Source of the DNA: an uncultured Chloroflexia bacterium
GTDB taxonomy: Bacteria; Chloroflexota; Anaerolineae; Promineifilales; UBA4811
Reading direction: 5' to 3'
NCBI GenBank assembly: GCA_963695825.1
Contig: CAVOHX010000031.1
Coordinates: 19,538 to 83,537, forward strand
DNA length: 64,000 nucleotides
The notes beneath the pieces are model-generated. The model was not told the DNA's origin. It did not search any database and saw only the letters and a program-made list of their open reading frames with translations. A program made the position numbers and the translations under genes. Positions 18,749 through 30,360 of this stretch are shown here, piece after piece. Position 1 is the first letter of the stretch; each line of letters begins with the position of its first letter.

Positions 18749-20526
18749 CTAGGTGACGCGCTCTACGACAAAGAACTCGATCACGTCCCCCTCCTGATAG
18801 TCATCGAACCCTCCAGGCCGATGCCACATTCAAAGCCAGACCGGACCTCGCGCACGTCCTCTTCAAACCGTTTGAGTGAACTGACGTTCGCCATCGGCCA
18901 GAATCTTGCTGTCGCGCCAGAGGCGAGCTCTTGGCATTACGTCGCGCCTCACCTTCGAGCACATAACAGCCAGCGACGCTCCCGATCCGCCGGATATGAA
19001 AGACCGCGCGGACCTCGGCCTTGTCCAATGACGACCTCGGCGTATTCGGGTTCCAACATGCCCTTTAGCGCCTTGTCGATATCCTCGATCAGCTTGTAGA
19101 TGATCTTGTACGTGCGAATGCTGATGTCTTGCACTTCTGCCAACATGCGCGCGGCCGAATCTGGCTCGACACAAAAGCCGATGACTATCGCATCGGAAGC
19201 CGTCGCCAACATCATGTCCGATTCGGTGATGTTGCCGGTGTCCGCACGCAGGATGTTGACCTTCGAGCTCGTCATAGTGCAAGCCGTTGAGGGAGTTCAC
19301 GATCGGTTCCAACGAACCCTGTACATCGGCTTTGACGATCAGATTGAGCGTCTTGGTCTCGCCAGCCTGGAAACGGGCAAAGATATCGTCCAGGCTGTAA
19401 CCCCGGCGCGGTTCCGTGGCTCGCTCTATCTCCAGCTGCCGTTCCTCGACGATTGAGCGGGCGATCTTTTCGCTGACCACTGTCTCAAAAGGGTCACCGG
19501 CCGTGGGGACCACGTCTAGGCCCATTATCTGCACCGGCACGGACGGGCCGGCCTGCTTGATTGGCTCACCTCGATAATCAAACATGGCTCGTATCCGGCC
19601 GCAAGCGTTGCCAGTGACCACGGTCTGACCCACCTTTAGGGTGCCGTTCTGCACCAGCAAGGTGGCAACCACCCCTTTGGAACGGTCCAGCTCGCCCTCA
19701 ATGACCGTGCCAAAGACCTTGCCGAGCGGGTTGGCGCGGATGTCAGTCTCTTCGGCCACCAGCAGAATCGCTTCCAACAGGTCCTCGAGCCCCTCCTGGG
19801 TTTTGGCTGACACCGGAATGACCATTGCGCTGCCTCCCCATTCGTCGGGAGTCAGGTCCAGGTCCGACAATTGCGTTTGACCAGTTCAGGGTTGGCGTTC
19901 GCCCGGTCCATCTTGTTCAGCGCGACGATGATCGGCACCCCGGCCGCGCGAGCATGGTCCAACGCTTCGCGGGTCTGGGGCATGACGCCATCATCGGCCG
20001 CCACCACCAGCACCGCAATGTCGGTGGCGCGAGCGCCACGGGCCCGCATGGCGGTAAAGGCTTCGTGGCCCGGTGTGTCCAGAAAAGTGATGACCTGCCC
20101 TCTGTGGGTGATCTGGTACGCGCCTATGTGCTGGGTGATGCCCCCGGCCTCTCCGGACTGCACGTTGGTGTGCCGGATCGCGTCGAGCAGGGATGTTTTG
20201 CCATGATCCACGTGGCCGAGCATCGTGAGGACTGGTGCGCGTTGCTGCAAGCTCTCCTCTCTCTCCTGCCGGATCACTTGCCGCCACTGAGGAAGCGCCT
20301 CGATCGCCTCCACTTCCTCCTCGGAAATCTCAATCAGGGGATGGCAGTCGAAACCCATCTCTTCAGCCACAATGGCGGCCGTGTCAAAGTCGATCTGCTG
20401 GTTAATGTTGGCGATGATCCCGTTGCTCATCAACTCTTTGATGACGTCAATGGGGCTCACCTCCAGCAGTCCAGCCAAATCTCGAACTGTCAGGAAACTG
20501 GGTATTTCGACTCTTTTCTTTGCCAT
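18749..20526 (-). pseudogene. infB: Translation initiation factor IF-2 (short N-terminus), at least 6 frameshifts as assembled
   Basis: ORF 19852-20526 carries [13 protein letters not shown] and NKMD. The pieces 18863-19870, 18949-19275 and 18801-19028, plus two short frames, join colinearly and end FFVVERVT-TAG at 18749-18751. All frame changes lie in the 3' 1.1 kb. Confidence 0.9.
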
Positions 20527-20550
20527 TTCACCTTCCCGAGATGGACGCTG

Positions 20551-20871
20551 TCATTGCGCGGCAACGGGCTCAAATCCCTTGTTGAGCGCTTGCCAACTGG
20601 TCGTTAGTCCGTCCAACTCGTCGTTGGATAGATTCACGCGTAATGCACGGGACAAAATCCCTTTGGATGCTGCTACCTTCTGCCAACAGGTCTCCTGCCG
20701 ACAGAGATAGGCGCCACGACCGGCTAGTTTGCCGGTGGGGTCCACAACGAGTCCCCGGTCGGCCGTGCGAACGATGCGGACCAGCGATCTTTTGGACATC
20801 GATTCGCCGCAGGCCACACACCGCCTAAGGGGTATATGTTTGCGCCTGCCCTTGAGCTGCTTCTTGGCCAT
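20551..20871 (-). CDS. ylxR: YlxR/DUF448 family RNA-binding protein in the nusA-infB operon
   Basis: RRCVACGESMSKRSLVRIV...GRGAYLC matches the family motif. The position between nusA and infB is conserved. Confidence 0.8.
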   Translation of the reverse strand: MAKKQLKGRRKHIPLRRCVACGESMSKRSLVRIVRTADRGLVVDPTGKLAGRGAYLCRQETCWQKVAASKGILSRALRVNLSNDELDGLTTSWQALNKGFEPVAAQ

Positions 20872-20939
20872 CGACAGTTCTGCCAGCGTCTGCCCGAGTG
20901 ACACCATCGGCCCATCAGGGAGAGGGTCAGGCCTGGTTC

Positions 20940-22926
20940 TCAGCCTGAAAACTCGTCCCAGTCCGCGGCGTCGTCGCCGCGTCCGCGCTTGCGCCGGGTC
21001 ACCAGAGCGCCAGCGTCCTCGTCAAAGACCAGTTGGCGCTTCTGCTTCTTTTGCCGGCGCCTGGTGGTGGGCGGCTCAATTCGCTCGCCTTCTTCGCGGC
21101 GGGCCGGGCGAATGACGGGCGCCGGTGCCGGTTGTGTGGCCTTGGGTTGCTTGCCCAGCACTGGCGCTGGCTCGGCTTTAGGTTCAGGCTCGACGGACGG
21201 AATCTGAATCTCCGGCGGCGGTTCTTCGTAAAGCGCGGCGATCTTTTCGACCGGTTCCGCTGGCTCGTCTACCATCTCGACCAGTTCAGATTCCAGCTCC
21301 ACCTCTTGGTCCGCTTGGTCGGTCTTGAGGTCGAGCGCAGGTTTTGCTTCCTCTTCATCGACTACTTCTTCCTGGTCGATGGAAACCTGAGCCATTGTCT
21401 CGCCGGAAGCGATCAGGTATGCTTCCAAATCTTCAGTTGACTTGGGCAAGTCAGCGGTCGCCAGTTGCTCTTGAACGGTGATGAGGGCATCCTCGTCCAG
21501 CCTGGCGCGCACCTTTAGATCGTTTGCGTCATAGGCGACGGCCGCCATGATGTGGCCCACCGTTTCAAAGCCACGGCTGACAAGCTGCTCGGCCATCGAC
21601 TCTTCAAGTCCCAATGGTGATAGCGGCATTTGCCAGAACAAGAGCGGCACCGCCTTGCGAGCGTCGTCCCGCGCCTTGCGCCTTTCCTCGGCGCGAGCGG
21701 CAAATGGACTCTCGATCAGATCGACGACCCGGTTGAGGGTCTGGAAATCCTCGGCCGTAATCGGCCGTTCGGCCGCCTTTTTCGCCAGGATGATCCGTGC
21801 TTGCTCCAGCAATGTCGCCTCCCGGCGGGAAACCTCGGCGACGAGTGGATGGGATAGTTTTTCGAGCGCCTCACTGACTGCCTCGGTCAGGCTCTTGATG
21901 TCGATGCGCCAGCCGGTGAGCTTGGCGGCCAGGCGCGCGTTCTGCCCCTCGCGGCCGATAGCCAGCGAGAGCTGATCGTCAGCGACGATGACGGTTGCGG
22001 TCTTGCCGCTGGCGGAATCTGGGTGTCAGGTAAACTTGGGAGACGCGGGCCGGGCTCAACGCCTTGGCGATAAAGATTCGCTGGTCGGAGTTCCACTCGA
22101 TGACGTCAATCTTTTCGTCGTTCAGCTCGCGGACGATGCTCTGGATGCGCACGCCGCGCATGCCGACGCACGCACCGACCGGGTCGACGCCGTCCTGCAG
22201 AGCGGCAACCGCTACCTTGGACCGTTGTCCGGCTTCGCGGGCGATGCTCTTGATGTCTACCAGCCCGTTATAGATCTCGGGCACCTCTAGCTCGAGCATG
22301 CGGCGCAGCATGTTGCGATGGCTGCGCGAGACAATGATCTGCGGCCCGCGGCTGGCGCGGCGCACTTCTAGGACGTAGGCTCGCACCTTGTCGTGCGGGT
22401 AGTAGCGCTCACCCGGCACTTGTTGATTGCGTGGCAGCAACGCCTCTGTGCGCCCCAGCCCAATGGTCACCGCTTGCGGTGTCACGCTCTGGACTGTGCC
22501 GTTGATGATCTCGCCTTCGCGGCCGGAGAAATCCTCGAACAGCTGATCTCGCTCGGCTTCGCGGATCCGCTGCAGGATCACCTGCTTGGCCGTCTGGGCT
22601 GCGATGCGACCAAAGTCTCGCGGGGTGCTGTCAACCATCACCATGTCGCCAAGGGCGACCTCCGGGCCGGCTAGCCGGCGCGCGCGCTCGAGCGTGACCT
22701 CGGTCCGCTCGTCGTGCACCGATTCGGATGCCTCTTTTTCGGCATAGATCCTCGCCAAACCAGTCGTAGGATCGATCTTGGCGCTGATGGTCTGGGCATT
22801 GCTTACGCCAATGTTGCGCCGAAAGGCGGAAACCAGTGCCGTCTCTATCGCCTCCAGAACGACCTCCTTGGAGAGGCCGCGAGATTCACAGATCTCGTTA
22901 AAGGCCAACAGGAATTCGCTTTTCAT
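20940..22926 (-). pseudogene. nusA: Transcription termination/antitermination factor NusA with a long C-terminal extension, one frameshift as assembled
   Basis: ORF 21979-22926 covers the N-terminal, S1 and KH1 domains. KH2 ([35 protein letters not shown]) continues in the frame of ORF 20940-21812. The frame change is near 22030. Confidence 0.9.
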
Positions 22927-22973
22927 CCTCCGCTCGCCTCAGTTGGTGGACCGTAAAAGGTCCACATAAGAAG

Positions 22974-22996
22974 AAAAGTGGGGGTCGCCCACTTTT
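22974..22996 (-). terminator. Terminator-like hairpin downstream of the MBL hydrolase gene
   Basis: aaaagtggg ... cccactttt forms a stem with A/T tracts on both sides. It lies between the MBL stop (23078) and the nusA start (22926). Confidence 0.45.
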
Positions 22997-23077
22997 CCAA
23001 AAAGACGCTATCGTAAAACCAACTGCGGCCATTATATCATGGAACGGCCGACAAAGCAAACCTTGCTTACCATAAGA

Positions 23078-23922
23078 TCAAGCGTCAAGCATCTCCCAAT
23101 AGAGTTTGTTCAGATTCGCTGCGTGCAGATCAGTTACCAGCCCGTTGAGCGGGATGCGGGATTTTCCACAGCTCTCGATGTCTATCTTGGTCAATTCGTC
23201 GATGTGGCCTGCTTGCTCAATCAACTGGGTTACACGCTCTCGAATGGTCTGCAAATAGTTGATGTCGCTTTCGATCACGGTCTTTATCTCGCCCCGGAGG
23301 ATTACCTCGCCGTGACCCTGCACGACGTTCTCCACTGACAGGTTGGCGATCGCTTTCAAGGAGCGGACCAACTGCTCCAGGTTGCCGTCGATCAGCGTCG
23401 GCACCGGCATCATCGTGTCGGCGGCAAACAGCACTTGGTCGTCGGGGACCAGGGCAATGATCGAGTCGGGGCTGTGGCCCGGTGAGGGCATCAGTTGAAC
23501 CGTCTTTTTGTCCAGATGCAGGTTGAGGCAGCCATGCTCAAAGATCACATCGGGCAACACGATGTGTAGGTTCTCCAACTCGGCCACTATGGATTGGGCT
23601 TCCTCCAGGCTGGCGCGGCCGACTGTGTCGAGAAGTTGCCGGCAACGGGCGTGACCGACGATGATCGCGTCCGGGAACAGACAGGTGCCATAGGTATGAT
23701 CAGCGTGGTAGTGGCTGTTGACGACATAGCGCACCGGGGAGCCAAGACGGTCCTCAACGAATGCCTTTATCTCCAGCGTCTCCTGGGGGAAGGGCAGCGT
23801 GTCAATCAGGATGGCGCCGGCCGAGGTAACCACGGCGCCGGCTGTCACCCTTGCGTATAGAGCTCACTGGTGAAAACGTAAATATCATCCGCTACGCGTT
23901 CGCGTTGCATACCTGTCTCCAT
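23078..23922 (-). pseudogene. MBL-fold metallo-hydrolase, one frameshift as assembled
   Basis: HYHADHTYG metal motif. The N-terminus (VADDIYVFTSELYTQG) is in the frame of ORF 23845-24087 and joins VTAGAVVTSAGAILIDT if one base is added in the C run at 23848-23850. An alternative start at 23910 has a better GGAG. Confidence 0.8.
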
Positions 23923-24065
23923 GTCAACCTTTCGGCCTTTGCGAGCATAACACAAAAAACGGTTCGATGTCAAGGCGAAAATGAAACCCGAGTGCCGGTT
24001 CTGCCCGGCGTCTGGTAAAATGGAGCTGTGGAGGAGCAACCCTTGCCCACGAGGCGCCCGTTCCC

Positions 24066-27000
24066 ATGACCCTCGACCCCTTTGCACACCTGCACGTCCA
24101 TTCCCACTACACGCTACTGGGAGGGACGGCGAGCGTCGATGAGCTGGTCAACCGAGCGGTCGCCGACAACATGACCCACCTGGCGCTGACCGACACCAAC
24201 GCCCTTTATGGCGCGGTGGCCTTTGATCAGGCTTGTCGATCGGCCGGGATAGAACCTATCGTGGGAATGGCGGCGACGGTGCGTTCTCCGGCCGGAGGCT
24301 TTGACCCTGGCGGGCTCCCGGGTCTCCTGGTCCTGCTGGCGACGGGACCGGACGGTTACCGCTCCTTGTGCCGTCTTTCTTCACTAGTCCAGGGCAGCCC
24401 GGCTCGGGAGACGATTGCGGCGCAGGGACTGGATTGGGATGCGTTGCGGGCGCACAGCACGGGTCTGATCTGCCTGGCGGGCGGCCGACGGGGCTGGGTA
24501 ACCCGCGCCGTGGCGCGGGGCGATCGGCGCGCTGCGTGCCGAGTTGCCGGCCGCGTGGCTGGCATTTACGGCGAGGACAACACGCTTCTGGCGCTCGAGT
24601 TGCACCGCCCGGCGGATGATGAGGTAGCTCGCGAACTGGTTGGGCTGGGCGATCGGCTGGGACTGCCGGCGGTGGCCGTGCAGCCAGTTTATTGCCTCTT
24701 GCCCCAGGACATGCGTCGCCTCCGGCTGCTGACGGCTATCGATCTGAACTGCTCGCTCTCCTCGGTGCCGCACGAATCGCTGCCTGACGGGGGCGACCCG
24801 GCCGTCAAGCTCCATTGGCTCACGCCCGACCAGGTGGCAGACCGTTACGCGGAATTCCCAGAGGCGGCGCGGCGGACCGGGGAGGTGGCGCTTCGCTGTG
24901 CTGCTGCGTTGCCGGACGGGCGCCAGGTGTGGCCTGCGGTGCCGGTCGCAGTTGGCAAGACGCCCGAGGAGACGTTGGCGGATCAGGCTCGGGTGGGTCT
25001 GTCGGAGCGGTACGGCGCCGAGCCGGCAGAGCAGGTGGAGCGCCGCCTGGAGCATGAGCTTGCTGCCATCGGCCGCCATGGTTTTGCTCCCCTCTTTATC
25101 CTCGCCGCTGGGGTGGTCCGCTATGCCCGCGAGCAAGAGATTCCAGTCAGCACACGTGGCAGCGTGGCCAACTCACTGGTCGCCTATTGTACCGGCATCA
25201 CCAGTGTGGACCCGATCGAGCACGATCTGCTCTTTGAGCGTTTCTTGAGCCCTGCCCGCGCCGACCCGCCCGACATTGACCTGGATCTATGCAGCCGGCG
25301 GCGGGACGAGGTGCTGGAGCACGTGCGGCGGACCTTTGGGGAGGATCGGGTGGCATTGGTAGGCGCGGTCAACACGATGCGGCCCAAATCGGCCGTCCGA
25401 GAGACCGCCAAGGCCTTTGGGCTGGACGAGGCAATGATCGACAGCTTGATTGCGCTGCTGCCCCGAGGCTGGCACCCTGACCCGCGGCGGCGCGACCGGC
25501 GCACGGTGGACGACCTGTTGAAAGAGTTGGCCGATCCTCACCTGCAGGAGGTGGTTCGCACCGCCTATACCCTGGTGGGACAACCACACCATCTTACCGT
25601 GCACGCTGGCGGGCTGACCGTCACACCGGGACCGCTGACCGACTGGGTTCCGGTTCAATGGGCGCCCAAGGGTTTTCTCATTACGCAGTACGATTACCGC
25701 GATGTCGAGCGAGTGGGCCTACCCAAGATCGACCTGCTGGGTATCCGCGCCCTGACCGTGCTGGCAGAGACGGCCGAACTGGTTCGCCGGTGGCACGACC
25801 CTGGCTTCCGACTGGACCGGATACCTATGGACGACCTGGCGACCCAGCGGATGTTATGCGAGGGAGAGACGATCGGGGTCTTTCAGTGCGAATCGGCCGG
25901 CGCCCGCCGGACGCTGCGCCAGTTGCAGGCCCGTACAGTGCAGGACCTGGCAATCGCCAATGCCTTTTTCAAGCCCGGCCCTAGCACCGGCGGCATGGCG
26001 CGCACCTTTGTCCGCCGTTATCGTGGGGAGGAGCCAGTGACCTATCTGCATCCGGCGCTCGAGCCAATCTTGGGCCGCACCCGTGGCGTACTCATCTTTC
26101 AGGAGCAGATTCTGAGGGTGGCGCGCGAAATCGCCGGGTTGAGCTGGGAGCAAGCGGATCACCTGCGGCGCGGGATGAGCAAGTTCCAAGCCGATGAGAT
26201 GGGCCAAATGCGGGAGGCGTTTCTCCGTGGGTGCCAGCGACCTGTCCCAACCGGTCCGGGTCTTTCAAGCCAGCAGGCGACGACGCTTTGGGAGCAGGTG
26301 GTGGCGTTTGCCGGGTATGGCTTTAACCAGGGGCACGCGACTGCCTATGCGGACGTCAGCTTTCGCTCGGCCTATCTAAAAGCGCATTGGCCGGCCGCCT
26401 TTCTGTGCGCCCGGCTGGCGGACTGGGGCGGCTTTCACCACCCGGTGATTTATGCGGCCGAGGCCGGGCGCCTGGGCATCGCTGTGCGTCCGCCGCACGT
26501 GAACCAGAGCGGGCGGCGGTTTACCCTGGAGTGGGAGCCTGGCATCGGTGACCAGCGTACGGCTTGCCTGTGGATGGGCCTCGGACAGGTGCGAGACCTG
26601 CGCCGGGCGTCAGTGCGCGCCATAATCGCCGGACGGCGCGAGGCTCCCTACACGGGTCTGCGGGACCTGATGGCTCGAGTTCCCCTGCAAGTCAAAGAGG
26701 TGACTCATCTGATCCAGTGTGGCGCGTTGGATGGCCTGGGCCCTAGCCGGGCGGCGTTGCTAGCAGAGGCTGACGACATACAAAGGGCAGGCAGCGCGCG
26801 CCAGCTTGCGTTTGCCTTTGCCCACCAACAACCAGCGGCCGAGATGCCGGCCCGCAGGCTCGCCTGGGAGCGCCATCTGCTGGGCCGGCCGGTGAGCGTG
26901 CATCCGCTAGAGCTGGTGCGCGAATCGCTGCCCGAGCACACCCCGATGGCCGAGCTTGGCCCGGCCGACGGCCGCCGGCTAACGGTGATCGGGGTGCGGT

Positions 27001-27194
27001 TGCCCGGTTGGACCGGAGAGCGCGGCTTTTTTCTGGGCGACCAGGCCGAGTTTGTCATGGTGCGACACAGCGGCCCACGGCCGCCGCGGCCGTGGGAGCC
27101 AATGTTGATCAGCGGCCGATGGCAACAGGACGAGTGGGGGACCAACTGGCTGCAGGTAGAACAGATGCGACCCCTGTCAACGGCGCAAGAATAG
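24066..27194 (+). CDS. dnaE: DNA polymerase III alpha subunit
   Basis: Intact 1042-aa ORF. PHP domain HLHVHSHYTLLGG, KIDLLGIRALT, GVFQCESAG and FNQGHATAYA motifs are present. Confidence 0.92.
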   Translation: MTLDPFAHLHVHSHYTLLGGTASVDELVNRAVADNMTHLALTDTNALYGAVAFDQACRSAGIEPIVGMAATVRSPAGGFDPGGLPGLLVLLATGPDGYRSLCRLSSLVQGSPARETIAAQGLDWDALRAHSTGLICLAGGRRGWVTRAVARGDRRAACRVAGRVAGIYGEDNTLLALELHRPADDEVARELVGLGDRLGLPAVAVQPVYCLLPQDMRRLRLLTAIDLNCSLSSVPHESLPDGGDPAVKLHWLTPDQVADRYAEFPEAARRTGEVALRCAAALPDGRQVWPAVPVAVGKTPEETLADQARVGLSERYGAEPAEQVERRLEHELAAIGRHGFAPLFILAAGVVRYAREQEIPVSTRGSVANSLVAYCTGITSVDPIEHDLLFERFLSPARADPPDIDLDLCSRRRDEVLEHVRRTFGEDRVALVGAVNTMRPKSAVRETAKAFGLDEAMIDSLIALLPRGWHPDPRRRDRRTVDDLLKELADPHLQEVVRTAYTLVGQPHHLTVHAGGLTVTPGPLTDWVPVQWAPKGFLITQYDYRDVERVGLPKIDLLGIRALTVLAETAELVRRWHDPGFRLDRIPMDDLATQRMLCEGETIGVFQCESAGARRTLRQLQARTVQDLAIANAFFKPGPSTGGMARTFVRRYRGEEPVTYLHPALEPILGRTRGVLIFQEQILRVAREIAGLSWEQADHLRRGMSKFQADEMGQMREAFLRGCQRPVPTGPGLSSQQATTLWEQVVAFAGYGFNQGHATAYADVSFRSAYLKAHWPAAFLCARLADWGGFHHPVIYAAEAGRLGIAVRPPHVNQSGRRFTLEWEPGIGDQRTACLWMGLGQVRDLRRASVRAIIAGRREAPYTGLRDLMARVPLQVKEVTHLIQCGALDGLGPSRAALLAEADDIQRAGSARQLAFAFAHQQPAAEMPARRLAWERHLLGRPVSVHPLELVRESLPEHTPMAELGPADGRRLTVIGVRLPGWTGERGFFLGDQAEFVMVRHSGPRPPRPWEPMLISGRWQQDEWGTNWLQVEQMRPLSTAQE

Positions 27195-27278
27195 CGGCGA
27201 AACGTCGGGCGGCGGGTTCAGTTGGCTGCCTGATCGGAGGTGCGGCGCCGGTGTCCGGCCGGATACGCGCCCGTCGGA

Positions 27279-28526
27279 TCAGTCGTCAGTGGCAGCGGGT
27301 TCTGGTTCGGGTAGCCCATGTTGACGCCGGGCGCGCCCATAGAGTGGTACCACTGGCGCCAGAATGATCGCACTCGACACCAGGGCGGCGCGCAACGATC
27401 TGACGGTGCCGATAACGCCGACGATGGGGCCGCCAACGATTTGCCCAACCGCGTCCACCTGGCCGGACATCGAGAGCACGGTTGCGCGCACCTCCGAGTT
27501 GATGTACTGATTAGCCCAGGCCGTGCTCAACGGGTCAGATACATTGCGCATGGTGCCAAAGACCCAAAAGGCTGCGATGGCTAGACCAATGTGGTCGGCA
27601 AGCGCCAGCGCCAAGAGCGCTATTATCATGATGCCGTGGATCATTTGGAGCAGCGAGACCGTGCGGTTCGGGGGTTGATCTTGGACTTTACGGCGCACAA
27701 CCTCGGTAGCTGCCAAAGTCAGGACCATGCTCCCCGCCCGCATGATGCCGAACCAGGTTTCATCGTTCAGATGTCCGATGGTTGGAAAGCTCAGGTTCTC
27801 CAAGATGTGAGCCGTCCACAGGCGGTCGTACCCCTCGCTGGAGAGACCGATAAAGACGCCAATGGCGAGAAAGGTGATGAGCACCGGCCGCTGTTTGACC
27901 AGTTGCGCTCCCTGGCGAAAGGTCCCAATCATCCCTGCCCAGCTCTGGCGTGCCTCGGGCATCGCCGGCCGAAAATTCTGCTCTGGCATCCACAGCGCCA
28001 GAAACAGAGCCAGCACGATGGAGAGGCTGCCTCCCACCAACAGGGGCAGGTTGAGCCGATAGCTGCCCAACAGGACGCTGAGCGGGATGCCCAGCAGGGC
28101 GCCAATCTGGCGATACTGGGTGCCGCGCAGGTAGATCGAGGCCACCGCCTCCTGACCGACCTCGTCGGCGATCCAGGCGGCGTGGGCGCCGCTGATAAAG
28201 GTCCAGCCCAGGCCCCAAATCACCTGGGCCAGTAGCACGGTCGCAAACAACGGCCACGATCCCTCGACCACAAAGCCCAACCCCATGAGCGCAAAGCCGA
28301 TGATGGTGGACAGGCGACGGCTGTTGAGGTCCGCCACGACACCGGTGGGGATTTCGAACATCAGAATGGTCACCTCTAGCGCGGTGCCCACCAACACCAG
28401 TTGCAAAGGGTTCAGCCCTACTGTCCGGACCTGGTAGACCATGTTGAGGGTAAAGATGATGGAAGTATAAAGGCCGAAACCCCACGTGGTAATGAAATAC
28501 ACTCGCGCGGCGCCAAGTTTCTTCAT
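27279..28526 (-). CDS. MFS transporter
   Basis: Intact 415 aa with about 12 hydrophobic helices. The loop motif ADLNSRRL lies between TM2 and TM3. Confidence 0.8.
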   Translation of the reverse strand: MKKLGAARVYFITTWGFGLYTSIIFTLNMVYQVRTVGLNPLQLVLVGTALEVTILMFEIPTGVVADLNSRRLSTIIGFALMGLGFVVEGSWPLFATVLLAQVIWGLGWTFISGAHAAWIADEVGQEAVASIYLRGTQYRQIGALLGIPLSVLLGSYRLNLPLLVGGSLSIVLALFLALWMPEQNFRPAMPEARQSWAGMIGTFRQGAQLVKQRPVLITFLAIGVFIGLSSEGYDRLWTAHILENLSFPTIGHLNDETWFGIMRAGSMVLTLAATEVVRRKVQDQPPNRTVSLLQMIHGIMIIALLALALADHIGLAIAAFWVFGTMRNVSDPLSTAWANQYINSEVRATVLSMSGQVDAVGQIVGGPIVGVIGTVRSLRAALVSSAIILAPVVPLYGRARRQHGLPEPEPAATDD

Positions 28527-28602
28527 TGGCTCTCCAATCAGGCCGGCAAGTATACCACGAATCGCCGACGGGGCGCCATCGCACTGGGCAAAAAGATAGA
28601 GA

Positions 28603-28635
28603 GGAGAAAAGCCCCAGGCGGCGGGTCACCTGGGG
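28603..28635 (-). terminator. Rho-independent terminator downstream of the PA14 protein gene
   Basis: On the minus strand the 7-bp stem ccccagg/cctgggg (28612-28618 with 28629-28635) has a 10-nt loop and is followed by CTTTTCTCCTC. Confidence 0.5.
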
Positions 28636-28658
28636 CATCCAGTGGCCAGAGCGGTCGG

Positions 28659-30360
28659 CTAGCGGCGGACCCACTTGACCGCGTCAAAGGCGATCATTCG
28701 TGACAGGTAGCGCTCGTAGGTGACGTCCGAGAGCGACACGTATTCGTCGCCATCACCGTCAAAGTCATAGGTACCGAGGGAGACCCACTCACCGTAATAG
28801 ATCGACTGGTCCACTACGCGCAGGCTAAAGGCATCGGCGTGTCGGACCCAGTAACGCGCGTTCTCGGTAGACGCGAACTGGGGTGGAATGTAGGCGAAAA
28901 CCTCGTACCGGCCGGGCGCCAGGTTGGGATGCCAACGGCCCCAGTTATAGTTCGACCGGGTATAGTCGTTGTTGCGCGTCCAGGTGAGGCGGCCGTCGTG
29001 CCCGACTGAGGCGCTGCGCCAACTGGTCGGCGCGCCGCCCTTGATAAAGCCTGGGTCATCGTCGTCCACGATCACCGTCGCTGGCGCTGGCGGCGCATTC
29101 CCGCCGGGGCTGACCCAAAAGTGGACGCGGGCGAAACCGGAGCGTTCATAGTACTCGACGGTGAGCTGGTTGGTTCCGCTCAGATAGACTCCGTCGGCCG
29201 TGTGCAGCTCGTTTGCCATCTCGCGCCATTGGTCGATCAGCAGTTGGTTGTTCACCCACACCCGCACTCCGTCGTCGGAACGGACAGACAGGTTGTAATA
29301 GCCGGCCGCGAAATCGGTCTGGCGGCTCCAGCGTACCGAAAAGTTGTCGCTGGGCAGCCAGGAGGCTGGGGCGCCGGCGCCCCAATCAAAGTTGATCTCG
29401 CTGTCATCGCGCACCAGTAGAGGGTTGCCCTCCAGGCCAACGTTGCCATAGTACTCACCCTGCCAACCGTTGGTAACCGGCGGCGTGGTACCGCCGAGTT
29501 GTTGCCACCAAACGCGAATCCCTGCCTGACCTCGATCTTCGTAATACTCGACCACAATCTGGTGTGACCCGGCCGAGAGCTCCACATCACCAGAGTGAGT
29601 GTTGGGGAGGTCTCTGGTTGTGCCAGGCGTCTACGACCAGCCGGTCATCGACCCAGATGCGCACACCGTCGTCGCTGCTGGCGAAAACGCGGTAGGCCCC
29701 GGCCGCAGAGCCGATCGACTGGCTCCACCGAACCGAGAAACGATCGGCCGGGATTCGCTCATCGGGCGAGCCGCTGCCCCAACTAAAGTCGATGGCCGAG
29801 TCGGTGCGCCGCAAGGCCGGCTGCCCCTCGAGGTACCGGTTGCCATAGTACTCGGCCGACCAGTTCTGTCCGCTGGCGAGTTGCTCCCAGTTGAGGGTGA
29901 CCAGAGCGCCGCCGGTGTGTTCATAGTACTCGAGCTTGACCTGCCGCACACCCGCGCTCAGGGCCAAGTCGCGGGTGATCCAGCCGCCTTGCTGATCGTT
30001 CCAGGCGTCGATCAGCAGCATATCCCCGATCCACAGGCGCAATCCGTCGTCCGCTCGAGCCCAAAAGCGGTAGGTGCCGCCGCTAAAATACTCGGCTCGG
30101 GTCCATCGTGCGGAAAAGTTGTCGGCCGGGACGCCGGCGGCCGGAGCGCCTCCGCCCCAGTCAAAGCTGATCGCGCTATCGGCGCGGGTGAGGACGGGCG
30201 AGCCGCCCAATATTCGGTTGTCATAGAACTCGGCCCACCAGCGGGCCTCGGCCGAGGCTCGGCCGGTGGCAAAGGGCGACAGGAGCAGTAGGAGGGCCCC
30301 AAGCCAGCGCAACCACCCAAAGTACCGCATCTGCTTTCTTTTGAATCTCTTGACACTCAT
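28659..30360 (-). pseudogene. Secreted protein with three tandem PA14 domains plus a C-terminal carbohydrate-binding-like domain, one frameshift as assembled
   Basis: Signal peptide MSVKRFKRKQMRYFGWLRWLGALLLLLSPFATGRASA, with AGGAGG upstream. There are three ~125-aa repeats, each with D(N/R)FS.RW ... DDG.R.W. ... .EYYE. The frame change is in the G run at 29604-29607. The C-terminal ~190 aa resemble what I remember as the golvesin C-terminal-like domain. Confidence 0.75.

Noticed and set aside
28950-30240. The three PA14 repeats as a DNA-level tandem repeat or a diversity-generating (template/variable repeat) system.
   Set aside because: The repeats are similar only at the protein-motif level (about 125-aa period) and are not near-identical at the DNA level. 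No reverse transcriptase or template repeat is nearby.
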